A stretch of 33,552 bases of DNA from Raillietiella orientalis (Eukaryota). The DNA is taken from positions 62,001 through 95,552 of the forward strand of contig JAYWIR010000124.1 of NCBI GenBank assembly GCA_036172245.1. The letters run 5' to 3'. Position numbers and translations under genes: made by a program. The notes beneath the pieces were generated by a model, which was not told the origin of the DNA, made no database searches, and was given only the letters and a program-made list of their open reading frames with translations. Positions 22,401-33,552 of the stretch are shown piece after piece. The first letter of the stretch is position 1. Every line of letters starts with the position of its first letter.

Positions 22401-25017
22401 CGTCGAACCCCGCAGGCAACAGGTTCACAGGAAACTCTTCGCAAAACTCCCGGACCAAGCGCTTAAAGCGATACCAGTCCTGAAAAGTGTGCAAGCTGAA
22501 AGTTCGTATGAATCCGCGGAGATGTTCCGCGGCTCCGGGAAGTTTCAGCCAGTCCCCTGGTAAACGCCACGCAGTGGACGAGGGACCCCTGTCGCGTGGT
22601 CGGAACTACTGCACGATTTGGTCATGGTCCGACAGTTCCGACGGTAACTTGCTGCGCCTGCCCACGCGTGAGCAGAGGTGCTGGTCAAGAAACACGTGAT
22701 CTATGCTGTTGGCCATTCCCGGATCTCATGCGAACAAGTTGTGCGTGTGCATCTCTGCGCACAGCTCGTTAACGCGTTCCCGAAGTGTATCGGACGCACC
22801 TGAAAGCAGGCGAAGATTAAAGTCACCTGCGTTCAGGTGCGCTTTGCGCACTCTTGCTTCGTCCAGATATTCGCGCCTCAGGGTAAGGAAGAAATCTCTC
22901 CTTGCCTTAGCCTTTAGCGCGTCGCTGCCGCTTGGAGCGTACACGTTGGTAATGACCAGATCAATGAAGTCGGACCACCTGATGGTCAGCTGCCCGACGC
23001 GACCAGCACTATCGAACCGTACGCCCTTTGCCGCGGCCTCGACAGCTGGCCGAAGCAGGAACGCGACACCGCAAGTATTAACGGTGCCGGAACGCCACAG
23101 CAGCCGTCCACCCGAGATGCGCTCGATCTCCGTTGCTCGGTCTGCGGAGATCACGTGGAGCTCTTGCAGTAGCACCAGGTCCAACGATGCCAGGGTGGCG
23201 ACCACGTATCGCCTCTTGCCGTCATTGCTCAGCGCGTTGACGTTCCAACAGGCAATTCGCAGACGGCGGCAAGCGGCGATTCCCGACATTATGGCTGGGA
23301 ACGTGGCGTTGCAGCACCTGTCAACGGACGGGTGGGAGGGGTGAGTAAGGGGACCGCGGCCATCTCAGGCACTTGAAGCACCTGGGGCACAGATTTTACC
23401 CTTTCCTCCTCACCGAGTTCGCGGCGTAGGGTTACTTCTGGAGGCGACTCCCCGGAGTTCGCCACTTGGTTCGCACCCTCGCTTGCCTCGATTATTTCTC
23501 CCTTTTTTACGGAGGAGGTGATCTTCCGGCTAGCCTTCGTCATGCGACTTGGCTTCGAGAGGGGTACCGCGATGCCGCAGGCTAAGGTTTCCTTCTAGGC
23601 GGCACAGTTCCTATGCTCCGACTTGGAGATCGGACGCCTTAGGACCTTTTCCGATGCCTTGTAGGGACGTTGCAGGGACGCAGCGAGCTCGTCTGCCGCT
23701 TGTATAAAGGCGACGTCATCGAGCAGGCGTTCAGCGACGGACGCCACCGCCGGGTCGATAGCCTCCGGCAATGATTTGCCGGAGGGCTGAGATTCGGCAG
23801 CGACGAGTGCAACTTTGCCGTTCCGTTCGACCGCGGGAATGCGCTCGATGACGACGAAGAAGCGTTTTATTTTTTCGCGACGCGGCAAATTCTCGCTGCG
23901 TTTGGCGAAAATTTCTTTAGTTCGTTCCTTGAGGTTTTTCTGCCTCTTGGATTTCACTACCTGCCATCCAGGTTCCGGACCGTTCTCCTCGACCTTGAAC
24001 GCGTTTTCCGGGATCTCGGAGCTTACATTCACCTCGGGTACGATAGCTTCTTTAGTGGCGGTTCCCGCTCGCGCTGCTGAAACAATTAATTTTTTTTGCC
24101 GCGCGCTTCTTCGCATTACGTGCGGACGCGACGCGGACTTGATTTTGCTGGCACAACGAAAGAGTGTGCCCGGGTTGCTTGCATTGCTTGCACTGCAAGT
24201 GGGGGCACCTTTTTTTCAGGTGACCTGAAGTGCTGCAATGCCCGCAGAAATGCAGCTTAACAACATACCAGATGTCAACGGATTCGGCGTTGACCTCCAG
24301 CTTGTTTGGTAGGGAGCAACGCTCGCGGACCGTAATGCGCGCGGAAGCCATACCGCAATTCAGGAGATCGTACTCTCAAAACGGAGTCGGCCTTTTCCAC
24401 AACGCGTCGACGGTTCCAAATTTAACTAATTCCTTTCGGAAAGCCTCTTCGGCCATCCGGAAGGTGATTCCGAGGAGGTGGATCACGATAGATCTATCCT
24501 CCGTGATGGGGAGGAGCCGGCGATTTCCTAAAGGAACAGGTGTACGGAGCAGACGCTGGGCAAGACTTCCTTCTTTGCAAATCACTTCAACGTACTGTCC
24601 ACCGCTCCTGATGGTCATTGCCAAAAGCTCATTCTCAGGAACTTTCAGAGAGTTTCGCTTTTCATCGCTTTCTAGAAAGCGCGTGCACACTCAAAGTTAT
24701 AAAGGTTCCCTATCTTATAGAGAAGCGGGGGATTGTACCCCTCCTCCAGGTAGGCTTTTAAATCAGCCGCAGCCGCTTACGTTGGTGCCGCAGCCACGGA
24801 ACTCCAGCTTCTCCCTAGCGAGGGAGTCGCTTCTGTGGGGGCGGTTGCCCCCACATCCATTGATTCAGGAGGCGACATAGACGTCGCCCCCTCCTTAACA
24901 TTGGTGGTGGTCCGAGGAATTGCTGCCTAGCCACCACCGAATCCACTGACACACCAAGAAAAAAAAGAAAAAAAAGAAAACTACAAACGCTCAAGAGCGA
25001 AACAAAAACCCGTCCGC
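22401..25017 (-). mobile_element. Element E: 5' half (5' motif, ORF1 from ATG near 24878 to TAA 23289, APE 23289 to about 22401), decayed
   Basis: GCGGACGGG-TTTTTGTTT-CGCTCT start; CGHCSTSGHLKKRC/CKQCKQPGHTLSLC; IACWNVNAL, LLQELH, NVYAPS, AGDFN. Confidence 0.88.
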
Positions 25018-26282
25018 TCTCGCTCGAGGACTGGGACGATCTGAAAAGATCGGTCCGCGAGTTGTGCTGCCGGTTTCCCTTGCACCAGCTTCCGCGCGGC
25101 TTCGAAGAGGCAGTAGCCAACAGCAGAAATTTTCTGCAGGCCCGCTCCTTTTCCAGGCGCGCGGACGTTGGTCGATTATCCGAGTACAAGGCCAAGGCCG
25201 AGCGCCAGGTATGGCAGTCAGGGGCGACAGTTCTGCTCGACGACCATGACCGGGAATGCTCGGCTCCTGCCGACGTGCGACGGATAGTCAGGCGCTATTA
25301 CTCTTCTCTGTATGCAGAGGCACCGACGGAACGCAGCCTCTTCGGGCTGCTTCTGCCGATTGATGCACCTGTTGTAGACGAGGAGGAACGCGCGCGTCTT
25401 GATGAGCCCTTTACGGCAGAGGAAATTTCCTCGGCCATCTCGGGGCTCAAGAGACGAGAAGCGCTAGGCGAAGATGGACTCCCAGCGGAATTCTTCCTTT
25501 GTTTTGCGGCGGAGCTCATCCCCTTGGTACTCAGACTCTCGTCGCAGATTCAAGACACGGGCGATGTCCCCGCCTAGTTTCGCTCAGCGAAGGTGCGTCC
25601 ACTGCCGAAAGGCGCAGATTTGAGCCAACTGAACAACTGGCGTCCGATCACGTTAGTACAGGCGGACGTCAAGTTGTTCTCCGAACTTTGGGTGGCAAGG
25701 ATGTGTAGGATCGCGGAATCCTTGGTAAGTCCAAAGCAGACGTACGCTGTTCCTGGGCGGTCCATGGACGCGAATCTCTTGTTCATCCGCACATGGCTGC
25801 AATTGCGGCATCGTGTGGCAATGGATCGTCTTGCGGAAGCAACGCATTTGATCTCTTACCGACGAAGGCGCAAGACGCAAAGGGAGACGCCGGGAGCCTT
25901 GGCGGTTGCAGGCGATTTGCACAAAGCTTTCGATTGCGTGAACTAAAAGCTTCTTCTTGAGCTTGTGCAACGTCTGGGTCTTCCAACATCCCTGTTGACG
26001 TACTTGCGCTCCTGCTGGCTCCACGCGATTACATCCATTGTTTTCAGTGGTTGGCGCGTGTAAGGCTTGCCGGTACGACGAAGAATTTGGCAGGGTGATA
26101 GCTTAAGCCCGCTGATCTTCAGCATCTATTTTGAATTGGTACTGGAGGCTTACAGGCGAACGCTAGCCAACGCGCCGAGCTCCTGTACAGGTACGCCGGC
26201 CGTGGCAGCCTATGCCGACGACCTGCTTCTCCTGTTGCCCATGTCCACCTTGGCGACATCGCTTGAAGACTTCTTTGAGTTG
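25018..26282 (+). mobile_element. Element F fragment: EN-RT linker and RT up to YADD (decayed)
   Basis: EDGLPAEFF, NWRPITL, GDLHKAFDCV, QGDSLSPLIF, YADD; cut at 26282 by A2. Confidence 0.87.
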
Positions 26283-29200
26283 CGTATCGGCGGCTATCCG
26301 ACAATTTCGGACTGGTGTGGCGCACAGTAAGTCACAAGCCGATCGATCAAGTTCTCCACAGCACCGAGCTAGGGAATCGCATTCAGGGTTTACCAGACAC
26401 ATTGTCCAATCAGTCCGATCACCTGTTGGTACGGTTTTCCCGAAAAACGGAGAATCCTCGGAGGAGGCGAGGCACCAGGGCGGCGCTCATCAGCATGTTA
26501 GCCTGGTTCGAGACACATCCTGGACATCAGGAGGTCCTGGAGACGATTCTGAAGACCACAAAAATCGGAAGAGTCGCCGACTGGGACAGCCTGAAACACA
26601 AGTTACACCTGTTTGCAAACATGCAGTTCGAAGATAGGCGCTTAAGTTAGGAGGCGTCCCGGGAGCTGAACATCCAAGATCGCTCACTCTCAAAGTACTT
26701 CGATCAGTACGAGAGTCGGTACGTCTTCAAGAACATAAAAGGGGAAGTCGGCGTGCTGGAGAAGAGAAATCTGGCAACAGATATCTTCTGCATCCAGTAC
26801 GACGGTCAAAAGCGACAGTCTTCTGGAGACATCATGGATGCCTTTCAAAGGCATTACACGAAACACTTTAGGCGACAACAACTCTGTCGGTCTAGTCAAC
26901 AGGCCTTTCTGAGCTACCTCGAGAAGAGGACCGACGATCTCCAGCGGAACAGACTGAAGGAGCAATTCTGCGAAGACAAGGTGAAGACTGCTTTTGGACA
27001 ACTACGCGAGGACGTGGCAGCAGGCCCTGACAGCGTACCCATCACTCACTATCAGCGGTATCTGCATGCCTACCTGCGTTTGTTCCACTAGTTGACCCTC
27101 TGCATCCGCAAAGAAGGAAGACTTCCACAGTCCTTCTACGAGAGTCGAATGATATTGTTGCCAAAAGGAGGCGACCTCACGCAGGTCGCTCAATAAAGGC
27201 CAATCTCGATCCTGAACTTTGCTGCCAAGTGGTTGGCGAAGATTTGGTCCAACCGCTCAGGCAAGGTCATGTCGAGGCTCATCTCTCCGGTCCAAACGTG
27301 TGCAGTCCCTGGACGTCACATGTCGGACAATGTTAAGTGTGCTTAGGCCACCGTCGGACTCAGGCGATACGTCGGAGAGTACCTGGCGCTGGTGTTCACT
27401 GACATGGAGAAGGCTTTAAACTCTATCGACCATGAAAAGCTGTTGAAGGTTCTGGAGAACCAAGGCCTTCCGGAACACTTCAGAAACTTCTTGAGGGTGG
27501 TACTCCAGAAGCAGTTCTGTCGAATCAAAATCAACGTCCAGGAGACGGCAGCAATCCGGATGGTACGGGGAGTCCTGCAGGGCGATTCGCTATGTTCGAT
27601 GCTGTTCGTCATCTACATGGAGGCGTTGTCGTCCTTTATAGAGAAGAGCGGACGACTGCAAGGCATAACAATCGATGGCCAGCGTCTTACCCATCTGGCA
27701 TACGCTGATGATCTACTCTTCTTTATCAAGGGAGAGAGAAATCAACAAGCGGTTCCGGATGTGGTAGACCTGAGGGATCAAGGCCTGGGTCTAAAGATCA
27801 ACGTTCAGAAAAGCCAGCCCTTGCCCATTGGAATCCTCGATCTCTCCGCTCTAGCGGGGAGAGGATTCCGAACGGTAAACAAGACCAAGTACCTGGGTGT
27901 CTACATTGGCGACGTCTCCGCGTCGAAGCTATTGTGGACCGAGATCCTAGGGAAAACGGACAAGGAAGCAGCCAAGTACACGCGAACGGACCTTGGAATC
28001 AAGCGAGAGGCCAACATATGGAACGAAGTACTCCTTCCAAAAGTGGTCTTCGAAGCGGCCTTCGCGAGGATGAACAAGGAAACCACGAGGGAGTTCGACA
28101 AGCTGTAGAGAAAAACACTGTGGGGCCACTATAGCCCAAGAGTCCGACAAAAACCCCTTTGTCATCCCTGGGAAGAAGGCGGTTCCGGGATGAAGTCGCT
28201 TGCACACTCCACAGAAATCATGGATACGCGACACATCCTGGACATTGCCACTCACTGGGATGACTGGCCGTGTGCGGCGCACAGGGCCTACGCGTTGTTG
28301 TTGAACAACTCGAAAGGCCTGATGACTGCGCTGCTAGGCCGGGCAGGCGAATGGAAAAAAATCGACCCAACCTGCACGAGGAAGCAACGGCTGGTGGGAA
28401 AGCACAAAATCAAGATCGTGCCGAGAAGTAGGGAACTCTGGTAGGACGAGTCCATCCTGGTGATCCCTTGGATGCTTCCTGTCCCGCCGGATACGAGAAG
28501 CTGGATCCACCAGCGGTCCAGAGTTACCCTTCAAGGAATCCAGGAGTGGAAACGAAGAGGGTACCTACATCACACTCGTATACTTAGGTATATAGAGATG
28601 ATGTTAGGAAGGTTTATTCACATGACCCGCGTAGTGTGGTTCAACCTCAACGACTTTGTGCGGTCCAGGGTAACCAAAACAAACCTCCGAAGACTAATTC
28701 AAGAAGAAGACAGTGATATCAGTGCCCTCCAGGAAGCCGCCGCTCGCTACGGGAGTGACCGGATCAACCTGTTAGCGATAGGCACGACGCTCTGGAGGAG
28801 TGACCTTCCGCCGGGCACCCAGGATGACCTCCTGATGTTTTATCATGGAGAAATCTAGAGTGGGTCCTGATTGCAGCACTACACCGGAAGAAGGGAAGAT
28901 CGAGACTGCACAGCATGTGGAGACATCGACACGAGACTTCAGGTCTTGACGTGTCCCACATTGCTGCATGACTGGCTGATCCTGAAAAGGATCATCGGAC
29001 TCACCACCATGTCCGTAATGGAGATCCTTGCCGGAATGTTTCAGGGAGATGGTAATGTTCCCTGTTACAATCCCATGGTGAGGACGACCATCGCTCTCTT
29101 TATCAGCGCCATACTTGTGCGGTGGTGGAAAGTGAGGAAAGCCAGAAGAGCCGCACCACTGATGGAGATCCTACAAGGGCTCCTGAAGAGGGAAATCGGC

Positions 29201-29430
29201 ATTAGAAACTGTGGGAATATCCAAGCCTGGACGTACCAATTTATCCTGAAGAGGATAGAAGACGACGCCCGGGCCCAAACAGTAGGAAACTTACCATGAG
29301 TGGAGAACTTTTGAGAACCCAAGGACTTCATAGTGGTGAAAAAAAAGTGCTAATGGAATGCATGAGATTGTAGTGTGAACGTTTTTATAGAAAAATTTTA
29401 GAAAAATAGATTTACCCCACCCCTTGTGGG
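26283..29430 (+). mobile_element. Element A2: 5'-truncated family A copy (late EN to 3' UTR), inverted relative to A1
   Basis: Starts CGTATCGGCGGCTATCCGAC, matching the reverse complement of 3095-3114. RT ORF 27392-28108; TGA at 29299; ends TTTACCCCACCCCTT like positions 1-15. Exact 3' end uncertain. Confidence 0.9.
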
Positions 29431-30766
29431 ACTTGGGGAAAACTGGCTCGGTAGGGAGGATGCAGTTGGTTGCTGCGCGTTTTCGAGCAACGCATTGCTG
29501 CTTTCACCGGTTTTTCTCGCCGGAACTCCAGCCGCCTTTGTGAGGTCTCCTACGGAAGCCCCCGAAATGGACAGAGGGCGCAAGAAGACGGTGACGGCGA
29601 AATTTTTATTTGCGTGTCCTCCTTTGGAGCTGTCGCACGGTGCGACTGGTTTCACTGACCCAATTCTGCCAGCAGAATTTCCGCGTCCATCTGCGGGGTT
29701 AGCGACGGTACGCACGGAGCCTTCTAGTCTTCTTTTAATAGGCTTTCCTGCCGCGCGATTGCCCTTTTGGGGCTTTGATGCTAAGGAAGCCGACTTTGAG
29801 ATCCCGTTCGCGTTTTTTTTAGTTTCAGCCTTTCGCGAGTCTACCTGTTTATTTCAGGATGATGTTTTCTCCTCTGCGTACTGTTTGGCATGCCATAGTC
29901 TAGCAGCCTCCTTTTTTTTTATGTCCGGGCACTTTCTAATTCCGTGCCTGGACTCCTTACAGTAGCGGCACTTCGGGGAAGGGCATTCTTTACCCCGATG
30001 CCCTTCTTTGTTGCATTGCTCGCACGCGCCAGTTTTGTCAACGAACCACAGGTGAACGACCGTTCCGTTGACCTGTAACGTGGCAGGCAGCGTGCGGCGG
30101 TTAGGAACCATTACCCTAACCGCAGCAAATCCTGTGTGTACGGAAGGGAATTTCCAGTAGGAACTCTCCTCCCTCCACACCGCATGAACTGTTGCGAATT
30201 TCGCCAACGTGTCCATCAACTGTTTGTCGTTGATTTCCGGCTCTACGTCCGAGAGAACAACGACAAAAGACTCGTCCATCGCGGAAGGAAAAACTTTCTT
30301 TCCGAGGATGGACAAAGGAGTGCGGAGGAGCCTCTGCACAAGTGCAGCCTGCTTTCATCGGACCTTCACATAGCCCAATGCTGGAACAGGCATCAGTGCT
30401 ATGAGGTCCTTTCTCGCACTCCCACACGGTAGAGTTCGTCCGCGAACTTCTCATCAGCCTTACCTACCCCACTTACGTTATAGAGGAGAGCAGGCTTGTA
30501 GCCCTGGGCTACACAGGCTTGCATCTCAGCCTGGTAGGGGAGGCATCCTTGTACGGCTACAGAAGCAGCCACGTTCGCAAAGCTCCTTGCCGATGGCGCG
30601 GGGCTTGTACACGTTGTCGCCATCACCCCAGCTGCGGAAAGTTCCTGAACCACAGGCTCGAGGTCTTCCACGTTGCGTTGTTCACTGCTCATCCTTAGGG
30701 ATGTGCAGTGGGATGCACAAACACAACCAAACAGCAAAACCACGGAGCGACACGAAATCACGTCGG
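29431..30766 (-). mobile_element. Element G: 5' motif + ORF1 (ATG 30692), truncated by the A2 3' end
   Basis: GACGTG-ATTTCGTGT-CGCTCC at 30764-30744; RSFANVAA; CEQCNKEGHRGKEC/CRYCKESRHGIRKC. Confidence 0.83.
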
Positions 30767-31836
30767 ACTCGTATGAAGGCGAACGTTGAAATCGCCTGCA
30801 ACCAGATGGGCATTCCTCACGCCTGCTTCGGTACAGCCAGTCGCGCCGGAGGGCAAGGAAAAACACTTTTCGTGCCCTCCTGGTCATAAGGTCCGCGCCG
30901 CTCGGTGCGTACACGTTCGTGACGATCAGATCGATCGAGTCGGACCACCTGAGAGTCAGCTGGCCGACACGACCGTGATCGTCGAACTGCACGCACCGAG
31001 CCTCCGCCTCGACGGCTAGCCGAAGCTGGTAGGCGCAAACCCAACTTTTCGGTCTCCAAAATCTCCACCATAGCCGCCCTTTGGAGATCCGTTCGATCTC
31101 TTGCGCTTGTTCTGCAGAGATCACGTGGATCTCCTGCAGCAGCGCAAGGTCGTAGGACTCCAGAAGCGCGGCCATGTCTCGTCTCTTGCCGGCGTCTGTC
31201 ATGCCGTTCGCGTTCCGAACAGCGATGCGCAGACGACGGCGGGAGGAGAATCCCGGCATTACTGCAGGGAAGATTAAGGTGTGGGGGAGACCGCCTCCTG
31301 CGAGGCGGGCGGGATGTCCATACGGGTTTCAGCCTTCTCAGGCACCTGAGGCACCTGTTCGGCCTCCACCCCCTCCATCTCCTCCGTGTCCGTGCGTGGG
31401 AGTCTTTCGGGCGACAAGTCCCAAGAGCTTCCCACGCTCATGGCACCCTCGCTTGCGGAAGCTATCTCTTCCCCTTCGACGGGGGAGACGAGCTTCCTAG
31501 GCTTTGTGGATTTACGTCCAGCCTTCTTGCGCGGTGCCGTGGAAACGGAGGCTGCGCTTCCGGCCTCCACCTCGGGGTCGGAAGTGGGGGACACCTGAGG
31601 GGAGGCTTGACGCCTTACGGCCTTCTTGCCAGCCTTGGAGTGTTCTGGCTGCAACGAGGCAGCCAGTTCCTTCGCGGCTCGCGCGAAGGCTACGTCATCG
31701 ATGGTGGTGTCGATGACGGACGCCGCCGCCGGCTCGCTCCCCTCGCTCTTGACAGAGTCAACAGAGGGGTTGTCGTCGGTAGCGGTGAGTTCTTTTTCGC
31801 AGCGGTCGGCAATACGCTCGACGACAACGGTGCACT
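30767..31836 (-). mobile_element. Element H fragment: ORF1 tail + N-terminal APE
   Basis: IDDVAFARAAKELAASL and AGSAAS..PRKKAGRK match B1/B2/E ORF1 tails; from 31259 IAVRNANG, LLQEIH, NVYAPS, GDFN. Confidence 0.83.
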
Positions 31837-33405
31837 GACGTGTTCTGTGTTGCTCCTCGATCGTGATTCCTTTCCGTCTTCTTGTGTGTGGTGTGCCCGA
31901 GTGCGTCCACTGGGATGTCCACGGAGCTTCTGCAGCAAAAATGGATGCGAAGGCTGCTACTAACAGTGGAGACTCTACTCCAGATGTCCGGTCCGCCTCT
32001 GATTCTTGTGTCTCGCCACCGGCGAGAAGCTTCGCCGCCGTCGTCAAGGCGGCGGCAGCCAACGGAGCACCGCCCGACGAAGCAGAGCTGCAGACATATG
32101 CAGCTCATGCCTACAAGCCTGCGCCCTGCTATGCCGTGAGAGCTTCTATCTCCAACGGAGTCGGAGAAAATTTGTAGGACGAGCTTTTGCGCGTCGGGGT
32201 CCGACAGGACAACCTCCTGGCCGTCATGCCGGTAAATGCGCTCGGACACTGGGAGGTGCACTGCAAAGAGGCATCCCTTGTCCAGCGCGTTCTCCGCACC
32301 CCGCTAAATATCCGCGGGAAGGAGGTCGTCCCGTCGGCCATGGACCAGTCATTCGTGGTCCGAATATCCGCCGTCCAGGTGGACACGACAGATTACGTGC
32401 TCGTCGCTGCACTGAGTGCATTCGCCACGGTGCACGCGCTGTGGAGAGCAGGAAATCCGATAAAAAGGATTGCATCTCTCCACAGCGGACTTGCCATGAC
32501 GCGTGTCACCATGGCGGATAGGAGGCAAATGCCTCCGCACTTGCAGGTGGGCGATGCAATCGTCCACCTTAAATTTGCCGGTCAGCGATGGCTTGCGGCA
32601 TTTGCGAGGCCGAGGGCCACCGTCCGTGGACGTGCCCTTCACGCAACTGCCGGTATTGTAAACAGCTCGGGCACTCCATCAAAGAGTCCGCCGAGATGAA
32701 GAGAAAGAGGCGAACGAAAAGCCGCCAACAATCAACCCTGTCCGCGCCGAAATGATCCCCCATTTTGCCACGGGAGAAATCGGGCGCGAAGGGCAAAGCA
32801 TCTTCGAGTGGAGGTCCCGCGAAAAAGGGCGCGGTTTCTTCAGGAAAGCCACCATCCCAGACAACCGCGAAGACGGGAAAGATGCCACGTCGCCCTAAGG
32901 GCAAATCGCCCCCTTCGAAGCAGCCGAAGAGTGCAAGCACGCACTCAATCAAGGCTGCTGAACCGTCCGCGTCCGCTTGCGCGTCCAGCGGAGCACACGG
33001 GAAACCGTGCGCGGGTACCCTCGGAGCTGCCTCTGAACGGCAGTCTCCTCCTACGGCGGTGGAGATCACGTCTTCCACGCCGAACGCACGAGCAGCGAAG
33101 GCTGCAATAGCGCCTCCCGGGACGACAGCAATGACCGCCGTTTTGCCCGCATCGGCTAAGGAGCAGGTGCAGTGCGTAACGGGGACGGAGCCGTCTCCCG
33201 CCGCGAGCGCGAAACGTGAGCCGGCATCTGCGGCCAAACAATTGAGGTAGGCGTCGGCCTCCCAGGAGGGCGTCCCCGACGCGGGCTGGACTCGAGTCTC
33301 CAGGACGCTTACAAAGGGGAAGAAGAAGGTTGACCCTTCAATATTCCCCATCCTTAAGGTAGGTGGGAGGCAAAAGAGAAGCACGCCGAAGAAGGTGCGT
33401 ACCTG
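31837..33405 (+). mobile_element. Element I: 5' motif + decayed ORF1
   Basis: GACGTG-TTCTGTGT-TGCTCC; RSFAAVV; LVQRVLRTPLNIRGKEVVPSAMDQSFVV homologous to G; frameshifted knuckles near 32595-32680; basic tail. Confidence 0.8.
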
Positions 33406-33430
33406 GGTACGCACCTTCTTCGGCGTGCTT
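33379..33430. repeat. Perfect inverted repeat, 25-bp arms, 2-nt spacer
   Basis: AAGCACGCCGAAGAAGGTGCGTACC-tg-GGTACGCACCTTCTTCGGCGTGCTT. Confidence 0.95.
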
Positions 33431-33444
33431 TGAATGCTTTGAAT

Positions 33445-33488
33445 GGCGTTCCAAGCCGCCTCGAGGGATCGTGGCGGCTTGGAACGCC
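33445..33488. repeat. Inverted repeat, 16-bp perfect arms, 12-nt spacer
   Basis: GGCGTTCCAAGCCGCC-tcgagggatcgt-GGCGGCTTGGAACGCC. Confidence 0.92.
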
Positions 33489-33552
33489 TTCAGAAGAAGA
33501 CGTCAGCCAATTGGCAACGCCTTACGGTTCACTCGCCTATTCGTCGATGCCG
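33462..33552 (+). mobile_element. Element K: start of a heavily 5'-truncated LINE (extreme ORF2 C-terminus), running off the window
   Basis: Translates RGIVAAWNAFRRR..., matching VRGIVAAWS (B2) and FRGIIAAWS (C). Confidence 0.6.

Noticed and set aside
26640..28450. Alternative genetic code (TAA/TAG = Gln), suggested by several TAG codons aligning with CAG and by ORF2s ending in TGA
   Set aside because: TAA is the conserved ORF1 terminator in B1, B2, E and H. Other TAR codons replace Trp, Tyr, Ser or Leu, and the long B1 ORFs use no TAR for Gln. C-to-T decay explains the pattern.
30399..31259. Apparent 286-aa EN-gag fusion ORF (similarly 8133-9020, 10811-11626, 31274-32062)
   Set aside because: Chance read-through across insertion junctions between different elements.
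31475..31540. Histone H3-tail mimicry (RKST, APRK-like words) in ORF1 tails
   Set aside because: Short matches are expected in K/R/S/P-rich disordered sequence and are not exact across copies.
33379..33488. Rho-independent terminator or MITE/TIR ends
   Set aside because: Eukaryotic LINE context. The arms are copies of adjacent coding sequence with almost no spacer and no flanking TSD, which fits fold-back junction synthesis better.

Overview
The window is a eukaryotic nested cluster of L1/Tx1-type non-LTR retrotransposons. I see no host genes and essentially no unique spacer DNA. About 13 element copies or fragments from several diverged families lie on both strands. The labels A1, A2, B1, B2, C, D, E, F, G, H, I, J and K are mine. 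Each carries part or all of ORF1 (gag-like, CCHC zinc knuckles, long low-complexity tail) and ORF2 (apurinic-like endonuclease, reverse transcriptase, C-terminal CxxC..H..C finger). All are disabled by stops, frameshifts or insertions. B1 (8867-16037) is full length, has a perfect 15-bp target-site duplication, and splits element C inside its RT. Comparing copies reveals shared cis-acting features. (1) A 5' start motif GACGTG-N8/9-YGCTCY occurs in five elements. (2) The ORF1 stop overlaps the ORF2 start (TAATG/TGATG; TAACA with no AUG in family B) inside a small hairpin. (3) The 3' end has no poly(A) tail and carries a covarying stem with a conserved CTGCGW loop plus a terminal hairpin with a partly complementary loop, a possible kissing loop. 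All five visible 3' junctions are antisense to the element they abut. Host organism and family names cannot be determined from the sequence alone.
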